Virus record (IMG/VR): IMGVR_UViG_3300028577_000007
Direction: 5' to 3' (one strand)
DNA length: 20,000 nt
From: an uncultured virus (IMG/VR IMGVR_UViG_3300028577_000007)
Lineage: Duplodnaviria > Heunggongvirae > Uroviricota > Caudoviricetes
The notes below the pieces were generated by a model. It made no database searches, had not been told where the DNA came from, and worked only from the letters and a program-made list of their open reading frames with translations. Positions 1-7,504 of this stretch are shown here, in pieces; position 1 is the first letter of the stretch; each line of letters opens with the position of its first letter. The position numbers and the translations under genes are program-made.

Positions 1-249
1 TTCTGAAATGCTCAGTGGGGCATGGATCTCTGCCACAGGGATACCCGCCTCTTCGAGCTCATCGAGAGCAGAACGAACCGCGGACAACAGATCAGGTGAC
101 GCGCGATGAAAGCTTAAATACACGATCCCGCCAGTGGACCATAGGGTGGCATCGTCGCAGCCCGCCTCGAAGACATCGTTCTCAAGGTCCTCGTTAATAG
201 CGTCGACGGCTAGCTGGATTTGAAATTCTTGGGTTTCTGGTGAGGACAT
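1..249 (-). CDS. HicB-like antitoxin (AGCDDA family), runs off the window edge
   Basis: Not in the ORF track. Manual translation from ATG 249: MSSPETQEFQIQLAVDAINEDLENDVFEAGCDDATLWSTGGIVYLSFHRASPDLLSAVRSALDELEEAGIPVAEIHAPLSISE. Overlaps the toxin stop. 32/64 identical to 15861..16094. Confidence 0.8.
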   Translation of the reverse strand, partial: MSSPETQEFQIQLAVDAINEDLENDVFEAGCDDATLWSTGGIVYLSFHRASPDLLSAVRSALDELEEAGIPVAEIHAPLSISE

Positions 250-467
250 TTGTTCACGATCTCCTTGATGTCAAAAGCGTGTTCCTCGGGGCGCCTAGGT
301 GTACTCCAGACGGACGGACGGCATCCGCCACGTTGAGCATAGGGGCAGAGTATCCTGCCCCAGGAATGCGCGCGGGGGTTGCTCTTTTTGAAACGCCACC
401 CGTGATCTTCGGCATAGCGAACGGCGGCCTCGATGGCCTTGTTTGGGTGTCGGGGCCGCTCAGCCAT
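210..467 (-). CDS. HicA-like toxin (HPNK...GW...H.WG...CP...SVWSTP family)
   Basis: Motifs HPNKAIEAAVRYAEDHGW, HSWGRILCP, SVWSTP. GGGGAG RBS before ATG 467. Directly upstream of the HicB-like gene. Confidence 0.75.
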   Translation of the reverse strand: MAERPRHPNKAIEAAVRYAEDHGWRFKKSNPRAHSWGRILCPYAQRGGCRPSVWSTPRRPEEHAFDIKEIVNKCPHQKPKNFKSS

Positions 468-529
468 TCGGCTCCCCGCCCTCATTGAGTCTCTCGCGGC
501 TAAACATGATCGCCTCCCTGTTACGCGAG

Positions 530-563
530 GTGATTGCTGAACGCGCGAGCAGTCGTCAAGATC
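530..563 (-). promoter_or_regulatory. Promoter of the hicAB-like operon with LexA-like box
   Basis: -35 TTGACG (559-554) followed by CTGCTCGCGCGTTCAGC (552-536), 16/17 match to the myxobacterial LexA consensus CTRHAMRYBYGTTCAGS as recalled. The -10 is weak. Confidence 0.5.
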
Positions 564-606
564 TAAATCGTCGCCCGGTCTCGGCGCACAAGAGCCACAC
601 TACCCC

Positions 607-642
607 TTGCCTCAACTCCGCGATAACAGATATTATCGCGGA
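607..642 (+). promoter_or_regulatory. Sigma70-like promoter overlapped by a perfect 10-bp palindrome
   Basis: TTGCCT(607-612)-N18-TATTAT(631-636), ATG at 643. Inverted repeat TCCGCGATAA-CAGATA-TTATCGCGGA at 617-642. Confidence 0.6.
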
Positions 643-885
643 ATGACCATACACGACGTTGAGCTGACCGAGAAGGAGATCCTGGACGCCGTCGCGGCTG
701 CGGCTTGTGGCAAATTGGGGCTCGCTGGAGAGCATCGCGTCGAGATCAAGTTTTACGGGATCGGATCACTGCGCGTGATCGGCGCAGTCTGCAAGGTCAC
801 CCCGCTCGATCCGGGGAGCACGGGCAAGCCCGTGCGGTACATTTTCGTTGGGGAGCCGACAGAAAATCCGAAATCCGGTACATAG
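643..885 (+). CDS. hypothetical protein
   Basis: ATG 643 lies 6 nt after the -10 box; GC3-rich codons. Confidence 0.65.
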   Translation: MTIHDVELTEKEILDAVAAAACGKLGLAGEHRVEIKFYGIGSLRVIGAVCKVTPLDPGSTGKPVRYIFVGEPTENPKSGT

Positions 886-893
886 GAGACACC

Positions 894-1082
894 ATGCGTA
901 AAACCTTCATCCTGCTCGCTCTAGTCGTCACTGCCTGCAAGCTCGGTCCCTTCCCCGACGAACCCGTGTACGGCCCCGAGGCGCCGCTCCCGAGCGGCTG
1001 GGGCGGCCCCGAAGGCGTCGGCAAATCGGACGCTGGCATTCCGGACGACGCTTCGGTCCCGGCGGCAGATCCGAAGAAGTGA
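894..1082 (+). CDS. small predicted lipoprotein
   Basis: AGGAG RBS; MRKTFILLALVVTA-C lipobox; Pro/Gly/Asp-rich tail. Confidence 0.7.
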   Translation: MRKTFILLALVVTACKLGPFPDEPVYGPEAPLPSGWGGPEGVGKSDAGIPDDASVPAADPKK

Positions 1083-1099
1083 GGTCGGGCGGGAAAAAG

Positions 1100-1681
1100 A
1101 TGTCGACCAAAGAGTTTGAGACACTGGACGATCTGATTGCATATCAGGCCGCTCGCGAGGGGCGGCTGCCGCGGAGCGGCGCGAGGGCGCCGAGCGAAAT
1201 TCAATACCTGATCGGTGACGCGACGGTGCCAGGGTATCCGACGCGCGAGCGGATCATCTGCCACGTGTGCAACGACGTGGGCGCTTGGGGCGCGGGCTTC
1301 ACGCGCTCGGTCTCGCGTCTCTCACCTGCGCCCGAGCGGAGCTATCGCGACGCCATCCGGCAGACGCAGCCAAAGCCACTCGGCGCCGCGTCTCTCGCCA
1401 AGGTGAACCCGTCGCTCTTCGTCGCCAACATGATCGCTCAGCGTGGCTTGCCGACGAAAGCAAGGCGCGTCGTGATCGACTACCCGGCGCTCGAGGAGTG
1501 TCTGGGGTTCGTGGGGAAGATTGCGGCGGACTGGGAAGCCTCGTGTCACATGCCGCGCATCGGCTGCGGGCTCGCAGGCGGCGACTGGCGCACGATCGAG
1601 GCCATCATCGTGCGCACGCTGTGCGCGCTCGGCGTGCCCACCTACGTGTACGATCTGCCCCGAAGCGATCGGGAGAACTAA
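1100..1681 (+). CDS. Macrodomain ADP-ribosylhydrolase (SCO6735/TARG1/DarG-like)
   Basis: GDAT, IICHVCNDVGAWGAGF, VANMIAQRG, HMPRIGCGLAGGDW, YVYD motifs. Confidence 0.9.
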   Translation: MSTKEFETLDDLIAYQAAREGRLPRSGARAPSEIQYLIGDATVPGYPTRERIICHVCNDVGAWGAGFTRSVSRLSPAPERSYRDAIRQTQPKPLGAASLAKVNPSLFVANMIAQRGLPTKARRVVIDYPALEECLGFVGKIAADWEASCHMPRIGCGLAGGDWRTIEAIIVRTLCALGVPTYVYDLPRSDREN

Positions 1682-1682
1682 C

Positions 1683-1889
1683 GTGACGGATCTCGCAGGC
1701 GCCGACCTAGCAGCCCTTCTCGCGGCGACCAGTTGCGCGCCAGAATGCGAAACGGTCGAGCTCTTGGACGAAGAGCGCGATGGGCCAGATGACCTCGTGG
1801 TGTTCCGGAACAAACAAGGGGCTATCGTGATGGGCATGTCACTCAAAGTGTACCAGTGGTTCCTGGACCATCCGGAGTACGCCAAGTGA
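1683..1889 (+). CDS. hypothetical protein
   Basis: GTG just after the previous stop, GGAG RBS. Confidence 0.6.
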   Translation: MTDLAGADLAALLAATSCAPECETVELLDEERDGPDDLVVFRNKQGAIVMGMSLKVYQWFLDHPEYAK

Positions 1890-2353
1890 CAAAGTCCCCC
1901 CTCGGTCCCGAAGAGCAGTTCGTGGAGGCTTACTTGCGGCGAGGTCTGCAAGGCGGAAGTGCTGCGCTTCCTGATTCGAAATTGGACAGATGGCGAGTGA
2001 CAAGTCCCCACGATCTCGGCTACCGCGTTGCCGCGATGGAGATCTGGGACGGCATCGCGAGCCACGCGAGCGCACAAGAGCGCGGACTCTATCCAGGCAA
2101 CGGGATCGCTCGCGCCGAGTGGGATCGCGGCTACGGGGACTGCGTGTGCGCGCACCGCCTCGGGCACGACGTGCGAGAAATGGTAGCAGCTGGGCTCCAC
2201 CTGCCGAGCCTCTTCGAGATGTCCTACGTGGTGTCGTCTCTCTTGGACGGCACCTGGCACGCGCCCTGGAGGCCAGATCCGAGGGGTGAGGGCTTGGAGC
2301 GCCCTGCTGGCCCAGAGATCTTTCGGCCGGCGCTAAGGAGGGAAGATCCCTGA
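1886..2353 (+). CDS. hypothetical protein
   Basis: GTGA overlap with the upstream stop. Confidence 0.65.
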   Translation: MTKSPLGPEEQFVEAYLRRGLQGGSAALPDSKLDRWRVTSPHDLGYRVAAMEIWDGIASHASAQERGLYPGNGIARAEWDRGYGDCVCAHRLGHDVREMVAAGLHLPSLFEMSYVVSSLLDGTWHAPWRPDPRGEGLERPAGPEIFRPALRREDP

Positions 2354-2375
2354 ACGCCTAACCGTAGGACACACC

Positions 2376-3140
2376 ATGACTGAACTGAGCCAAGTTCAAG
2401 CGACGGAGACCATGGTCTCTCACCACTGCCGAGAGTGCGGCGAGCAGATCGGCGCCCGCGGGTTCTGCGCGGCGCACCCTACCATCCTGAGCCGAGTGCA
2501 CCCACTGCGCGCCGCTGTACAGGCAGCGGAAAAGGCGCTCGTCACTGCTCAGGAGGCGCTAGACATGATCGCGGAGCCTGCTGACGATTGTGCCGAAGGT
2601 TGGGCTGTCAGCAAGGCCGAAGACCGCTTGCGCGAGGCGCAGCTGGCTTTGGTCGGTTCCGACTGCCCGAGGCAGTGGGAAGTTCGGGAAGAAGGCTTCT
2701 TTTATCAGACCGTGACAGCCACTTCCCCCGATGAAGCCATCGCCATCGCTCGCGAGAACGTCGATCGCTCGAGCTACTCCTCAGCGGCAGGCACGATCTG
2801 GATTGACGTGCGCGTCGACTGCGAGGAAACGGGCGAGCGAGCGTCCGACACGGTCACGCTCGACGAAGGCGAGCCCGACTGCTCGGACAGCGAGGCGCAC
2901 CACTGGGAGTCCCCGTATGCCCTCGTCGGCGGCCTCCGCGAAAACCCCGGTGTGCATGGCCATGGCGGCGGCGTGCTCATCCGCGAGGTGTGCCTCAAGT
3001 GCGGCTGCCATCGCGTGACCGACACCTGGGCCCAGAACCCCGAAACTGGCGAGCAAGGCCTCCGCTCCCCTGGCACGGCCCCTGCAGTACTACCCGACAT
3101 GGCCGGCACGGAGCTGGCCGAACAGGAGAATCACCGATGA
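2376..3140 (+). CDS. Cys/His-rich phage hypothetical protein; C-terminus reads through a promoter repeat
   Basis: AGGA RBS; CxxC motifs (CRECG, CLKCG), ENPGVHGHGGG. Confidence 0.75.
   Translation: MTELSQVQATETMVSHHCRECGEQIGARGFCAAHPTILSRVHPLRAAVQAAEKALVTAQEALDMIAEPADDCAEGWAVSKAEDRLREAQLALVGSDCPRQWEVREEGFFYQTVTATSPDEAIAIARENVDRSSYSSAAGTIWIDVRVDCEETGERASDTVTLDEGEPDCSDSEAHHWESPYALVGGLRENPGVHGHGGGVLIREVCLKCGCHRVTDTWAQNPETGEQGLRSPGTAPAVLPDMAGTELAEQENHR
3067..3091 (+). promoter_or_regulatory. Sigma54-type promoter, copy 1 of a 25-bp direct repeat
   Basis: CCCCTGGCACGGCCCCTGCAGTACT matches TGGCACG-N4-YTGCA (-24/-12); identical to 3466-3490. Confidence 0.65.
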
Positions 3141-3382
3141 CGACGAAACAAACTCTGAAGCAAGCTCTTTACCTCGCGTCGAGCGGCAAGAGCCACTCGC
3201 TCACCCTTGCCGCGGGGGCACTCTCCGGCAAGCCGGAAGGGGGCTGGCCAGAGACCCAGCAAGCGCTCAACCACCTGCGCGACGAGCTGCCGGCGCCGGG
3301 GCTGCGTAGCTACACCGCCAGCGAATTCGTCGCGGGCGCATACACGGTCGACGCGAACGGGTACTACCGCTCGACGCTCTGA
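3137..3382 (+). CDS. hypothetical protein
   Basis: AGGAG RBS, ATGA overlap. Confidence 0.7.
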   Translation: MTTKQTLKQALYLASSGKSHSLTLAAGALSGKPEGGWPETQQALNHLRDELPAPGLRSYTASEFVAGAYTVDANGYYRSTL

Positions 3383-3408
3383 GCAGGCCCCCCGTAACAC
3401 CGTAACCT

Positions 3409-3433
3409 GTGACGCCCCGCCGAGGGGTGTCAC
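3409..3433. other. Intergenic inverted repeat/hairpin upstream of the sigma54 site
   Basis: GTGACGCCCC-GCCGA-GGGGTGTCAC (one G-U pair). Confidence 0.55.
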
Positions 3434-3465
3434 GCCCAGAAAACCCGCTAAATCCTCGAGATCTG

Positions 3466-3490
3466 CCCCTGGCACGGCCCCTGCAGTACT
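3466..3490 (+). promoter_or_regulatory. Sigma54-type promoter, copy 2
   Basis: Same 25-mer, intergenic; ATG 7 nt after the repeat. Confidence 0.7.
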
Positions 3491-3497
3491 CCCCACC

Positions 3498-3932
3498 ATG
3501 ACCGCAATTACCCTCCCCGCAAAAGAGCTCTCCTGGCTGACCGCCCCCGCCTTCGCTTCGCGAAAGCGCACCGTGAAGGTCGAAGTGACGACCCGCGTTT
3601 ACTTCGGCAACACGTTCTGGGACGGCGGCTCGAAAAATACCTACCGCGCTGTCCGCCTCGCCGACGGCAACGTCGCGTCGCTCGAGACGGGCTCGTCGCC
3701 CTGGACGGCGGTCGCCGAGGGCAAGGCCGTCGAGCTCGAGCCCGGTATCGCCATCGTGGAAGAGTCGATCTTCTGCGGCAAGCAGATGCCGCTCCGCGTC
3801 TACCTGCACCCCTCGAACGCCGCCCCGCTCCTGGGGAGTAATTCCCAGCTCCCTCCGTACGAGAGAACACACCAATGGCCAAGCCCACCACCATGCCCGG
3901 TAAATTCGGCACGCTGTACCTGTACGAGCTGA
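3498..3932 (+). CDS. phage hypothetical protein (WDGGS...SIFCGK motif)
   Basis: ATG right after the sigma54 site; strong GC3 bias. Confidence 0.75.
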   Translation: MTAITLPAKELSWLTAPAFASRKRTVKVEVTTRVYFGNTFWDGGSKNTYRAVRLADGNVASLETGSSPWTAVAEGKAVELEPGIAIVEESIFCGKQMPLRVYLHPSNAAPLLGSNSQLPPYERTHQWPSPPPCPVNSARCTCTS

Positions 3933-4117
3933 CCTACACGGACACGTCAGACTCCGGCATGGGAGAGCTCACCTGCCGGCTCTGGGCCTACAACCTGGAG
4001 CACGCCGAGGACAAGTTCTACGGGGCGCCCGACGCTGACGGCTGGACGCTGCTCAGCGCAGCGCGCGTGCCGGCTGACTCCTCCTCCATGCACCGCGCAG
4101 TGCAACACACCCGCTGA
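3875..4117 (+). CDS. hypothetical protein
   Basis: GC3 bias; fits the gene array. Confidence 0.65.
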   Translation: MAKPTTMPGKFGTLYLYELTYTDTSDSGMGELTCRLWAYNLEHAEDKFYGAPDADGWTLLSAARVPADSSSMHRAVQHTR

Positions 4118-4124
4118 CACCCCC

Positions 4125-4328
4125 ATGACCCGCCCCTTCGTCACCCAGCAAGAGATCGACTCCCTCCTCCGCCGAGCGGGACTCCCGCTCGCGGAACGCG
4201 CCACGAGGCCGCCGCCGCCCTTCGGGACTGAGGGGTTCGATGTCTACCAAGACGCGATCGATCCGCGCGCCTACCTGAGGCCGGCCCTCCCTGCGCCGAG
4301 CTCGCTACTCTCGCATCCGCTGTACTGA
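4125..4328 (+). CDS. hypothetical protein
   Basis: tiles between neighbours. Confidence 0.55.
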   Translation: MTRPFVTQQEIDSLLRRAGLPLAERATRPPPPFGTEGFDVYQDAIDPRAYLRPALPAPSSLLSHPLY

Positions 4329-4330
4329 CC

Positions 4331-4588
4331 ATGATCAACCTAGTCGCGTCCAACGCTATGGGCACGAAGAAGAACCTCCTCGGCTTCTTCTGCAACGTTG
4401 AAGAGGCCAAGGGATACGCCCAAGCCAAGGTGAACGAGATCGGGCTCTCCGAGCAGCTCTCCTGGAAAGAGATCACCGAGGACTTGCCGCTCCGGGAGCT
4501 GTTCATGACGGGGTCGCTGCTGCCCGTGAGCGTGCTCCGCGCGAACTATGCCGACTCGTGCCTCATCATCCTGGATTACGGGTTCTGA
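4331..4588 (+). CDS. hypothetical protein
   Basis: tiles; GC3 bias. Confidence 0.7.
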   Translation: MINLVASNAMGTKKNLLGFFCNVEEAKGYAQAKVNEIGLSEQLSWKEITEDLPLRELFMTGSLLPVSVLRANYADSCLIILDYGF

Positions 4589-4599
4589 TCGGGGCTGTC

Positions 4600-4878
4600 A
4601 TGACCAAGACCCGCACCTTCGTGAACCCCGGCATTTTCCTCAAGCTCACGAACCAGCAGGCGAGCATGATCCGCAAGGTGGAGTGGAGCTACAAGGAGCT
4701 CCACCGCCTCGTCGCTCGCGCCTTCGACGAGCACGCCGCCGGGAACCTCCCCGAGGCCCGCATCCTCCTGAACCAAGCCCTCGACATCGAAATCGAGCTC
4801 GTCGGAGACTGCCCGGTATTGGGTGATCTCTCCGAGGAGTGGGGCGTAGACTACGAGCGCGACCAAAGGAAGGCCTAA
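4600..4878 (+). CDS. hypothetical protein
   Basis: ATG 4600; GC3 bias. Confidence 0.7.
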   Translation: MTKTRTFVNPGIFLKLTNQQASMIRKVEWSYKELHRLVARAFDEHAAGNLPEARILLNQALDIEIELVGDCPVLGDLSEEWGVDYERDQRKA

Positions 4879-4879
4879 A

Positions 4880-5095
4880 ATGAGAATCGCCGACAGTTAC
4901 CTCGAAGAAGTCATCGCCCTGGGCGGCAGCACGCGCCAGGGCCCCCTCAGTCGCGAGGCAGCGTGCCGCCTCGCGCTCGACCTGCGCGAAGCCCGGGAAC
5001 AGATCCTGGCCCTCAGAGAAGAGATCTCCGAGTACGAGCGCCTGAGCCGTGAGCCACGGCGCGCGGGCGGGAAGATTGCTGGCCCCCGAGCGTAG
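4880..5095 (+). CDS. small coiled-coil hypothetical protein
   Basis: AGGAAGG RBS; heptad-like LDLREAREQILALREEI. Confidence 0.65.
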   Translation: MRIADSYLEEVIALGGSTRQGPLSREAACRLALDLREAREQILALREEISEYERLSREPRRAGGKIAGPRA

Positions 5096-5104
5096 TACGT
5101 CACA

Positions 5105-5180
5105 GGTCACGCCAGAAGCGGCCCCGCGAGCTTGAGCAGCCCCCCACTGATTCGCTCGCGGGGCCACTTGTGGCGTGACC
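5105..5180 (+). ncRNA. Long intergenic hairpin (27-bp stem, 2 mismatches); candidate structured RNA or processing site
   Basis: GGTCACGCCA/TGGCGTGACC, AAG/CTT and GGCCCCGCGAGC/GCTCGCGGGGCC pair; 22-nt loop region. Confidence 0.55.
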
Positions 5181-5199
5181 CAGAAAGAAGGAACCCCTG

Positions 5200-5520
5200 A
5201 TGACCGACTCGACACCTGCCTCCGTGTACACCGTTTCGTTCTGGGGCTCGCACCCCGACGAAGAGAACGACGACTGCTGGACGGGCGAAGACTTCACGAG
5301 CCTCGACGAGGCTATGGCGGCGTTCCGGGCGGAGTGCCAGGACCGGGACGTGGCCTGCGTGATGATCGACGGTCCTGACTTGAACATCATCCGCCATAAC
5401 CCGGGCCACCGCCCGCGTCGTCGCGATGCCGACAGCTACGATCTCGAGCGCTCAGAGCGCGCCTTGCAGGCCGGGATGGCGTTCGGGTGCGACGGCTACA
5501 ACGACGAGATGGGCTACTGA
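5200..5520 (+). CDS. acidic phage hypothetical protein
   Basis: AAGGA RBS; WGSHPDEENDDCWTG and QAGMAFGCDGYND motifs. Confidence 0.75.
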   Translation: MTDSTPASVYTVSFWGSHPDEENDDCWTGEDFTSLDEAMAAFRAECQDRDVACVMIDGPDLNIIRHNPGHRPRRRDADSYDLERSERALQAGMAFGCDGYNDEMGY

Positions 5521-5554
5521 GGAAGATCTCCCGGCGCTCCGCGTAAGACCTAAC

Positions 5555-6709
5555 ATGACCCTCTCACTGCTCGTCCCCCAAGAGGCCTTGCCGAAAGTCC
5601 TCAAGCGCCTCGACAAGCTCGCCCGCGCGGCCGGCGTCCTCTGCGAGGAGGTGCCCGGCACGACGACCCTCATCCGAGACAAGCGCGTGCTCACCTGCGC
5701 GCGCCTCACCATCGGAGATCTCCCGAGCGTTGGCGGTTACGAGTTCGCGGCTCGCATCGAGCACACCGCCGCGGGCAACGTCATCGCTCGCGGCCCGAAG
5801 GAGCTCGACTCGCTCGACGCCTCCTGGCGCACGGCAGAGCCCCTCTGCGAGCACTGTAGCACCAAGCGCCGGAGGAAGGAGACGTTCCTGCTCCGCCAGT
5901 ACGGCATGCGCCTCATGCAGATCGGCCGCAATTGCCTGGCCGACTTTCTGATGACCGACCCGGGCCAGATGATCGCGCTCGCCGAGCTCGTGCGGGCGGC
6001 GACCGAGGAACAGAGCGACGAGTGCTGGGGCGGTTACGGCGGCTACTGGGAGGTCGCGCCGCTTGCCTTCATCGCGTGCGCGGTCGCCACGACCGAGCGC
6101 GACGGCTTCGTCAAGGCGAAGGACGAATTCCGCACCCCCACGGCCGCTATCGCGACCTTCCTCAGCGATCCTCAGCCCTCGGGCGACAGGTCCGCAGAAT
6201 GGCTCGCGGGCCAATCGAACGAAGATCACATCGAGACCGCTCACGCTGTCATCGCGTGGGCCGCGAGCCCCGGCGACAACGCCTCCGAGTACCTCTGGAA
6301 CCTTTCCCTCGCGGTGAAACAACCTGGCGTCGGTAAGCACGCTGGGCTCCTCGCGAGCGCGCCGGCCGCGTACAACCGCTTCCTCGGGAAAGAGGTCCAG
6401 AAGAAACTCGCGCCCGCACGCCCCGAGGGCTTCGCCGTCGAGAAACACATGGTGTTTTCGGGCGAGGTCACGCTCATCCGCCACTACCTGATGCACGACG
6501 AACGCTTCGACACATCGAAAGCGATCTGCACCTTCCGCACGGACGAGGGCCACGAGGTGGTATGGTTTGCGACGGGCGTCGCGCCGAAGCCGGACATGCA
6601 AGGCATGCGCTTCCACATCAAGGGGCGCTGCAAGAAGCACGAAGAGTGGAAGGGTATAAAGCGCGCCATCTTGTCGCGCGTGACCTGGAAGCCGATCGAG
6701 ATCCAATAG
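5555..6709 (+). CDS. Phage protein with Zn-finger-like motif and C-terminal OB-fold-like region
   Basis: CEHC...RRRKETF...QIGRNCLADF; C-terminal FRTDEGHEVVWF...KKHEEWKG...LSRV. Confidence 0.7.
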   Translation: MTLSLLVPQEALPKVLKRLDKLARAAGVLCEEVPGTTTLIRDKRVLTCARLTIGDLPSVGGYEFAARIEHTAAGNVIARGPKELDSLDASWRTAEPLCEHCSTKRRRKETFLLRQYGMRLMQIGRNCLADFLMTDPGQMIALAELVRAATEEQSDECWGGYGGYWEVAPLAFIACAVATTERDGFVKAKDEFRTPTAAIATFLSDPQPSGDRSAEWLAGQSNEDHIETAHAVIAWAASPGDNASEYLWNLSLAVKQPGVGKHAGLLASAPAAYNRFLGKEVQKKLAPARPEGFAVEKHMVFSGEVTLIRHYLMHDERFDTSKAICTFRTDEGHEVVWFATGVAPKPDMQGMRFHIKGRCKKHEEWKGIKRAILSRVTWKPIEIQ

Positions 6710-6720
6710 GAGAAGAGCGC

Positions 6721-7053
6721 GTGATCATCAACACCGAAATATGCGGCCACTACGAGCGCGTCATGCGCCCGCCCCCCGACGAGCGCCTCGCGCGCTTTCT
6801 TGATCAGGTAGGCCGGCGCGCCATGGTCATCCCCCACAAGGGCGGGCGCTTCGTCTGGCTCCTGGACGTGCCGACAGAAGATCTCTGCCAGGTCCACGAC
6901 GAAGCCGTAACCTTGAGCCTCAGTCTCTACGATCCTGAGCCCGTGCCCTTCAGGATTGGCGCCGCGGATCGGGAAAAAAGCGATCAGCTCCTGCTCGAGC
7001 GATACGACGCGCTCCGCTCGGCCCCGTCGCGAGGCACCGAAGAGGATCCATGA
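6721..7053 (+). CDS. hypothetical protein
   Basis: AGGAG RBS, GTG start. Confidence 0.65.
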   Translation: MIINTEICGHYERVMRPPPDERLARFLDQVGRRAMVIPHKGGRFVWLLDVPTEDLCQVHDEAVTLSLSLYDPEPVPFRIGAADREKSDQLLLERYDALRSAPSRGTEEDP

Positions 7054-7074
7054 CTCAGGACGAACGATCCAAGA

Positions 7075-7476
7075 GTGGGGGACGACGCTGGCTTCCGGGA
7101 AGAATCACTCGCCGGAATCAGAGCCCTCGAAGCGGAGCTTCGAATGGCTGAGCGTGAATTCGCTCAGCTGTCTAACCAACTGCTGCTTCAACAAGCGGAG
7201 GGGGAGCGTGACCGAGCAAACGAGCGAGCAAAAGCGGATCGCGATCGATCGGACGCGCTCGCCAGGCGGACGCTCTTGGTAGCCGCGCTAGCGGCAGTAA
7301 GCACGCTGGGTCAATGCGTCGCCCCGATCTATAAAATCTTCAGACCAGACATCGCCCCCGCTCCGATCGCAATCCCGGCTCCTATCGTAACGGTGACCGT
7401 TCCAGCCCCAACTCCACTTGTGATCCCGGCTCCGATCGTCAGCGTTATTGTGCCGGCCGCGGGCGCTCGCAAATGA
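7075..7476 (+). CDS. Coiled-coil + TM + Pro/Val-rich membrane protein (start uncertain)
   Basis: coiled coil, LLVAALAAVSTLGQCVAPI hydrophobic stretch, IPAPIVxVxVPA repeats. Confidence 0.65.
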   Translation: MGDDAGFREESLAGIRALEAELRMAEREFAQLSNQLLLQQAEGERDRANERAKADRDRSDALARRTLLVAALAAVSTLGQCVAPIYKIFRPDIAPAPIAIPAPIVTVTVPAPTPLVIPAPIVSVIVPAAGARK

Positions 7477-7504
7477 ATCGTTACGAGAAAATGAAGGAGG
7501 GTCC

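Noticed and set aside
2254..2270. Third sigma54-like site CTGGCACGCGCCCTGGA
   Set aside because: The -12 GC is replaced by GG, and it lies inside a CDS.
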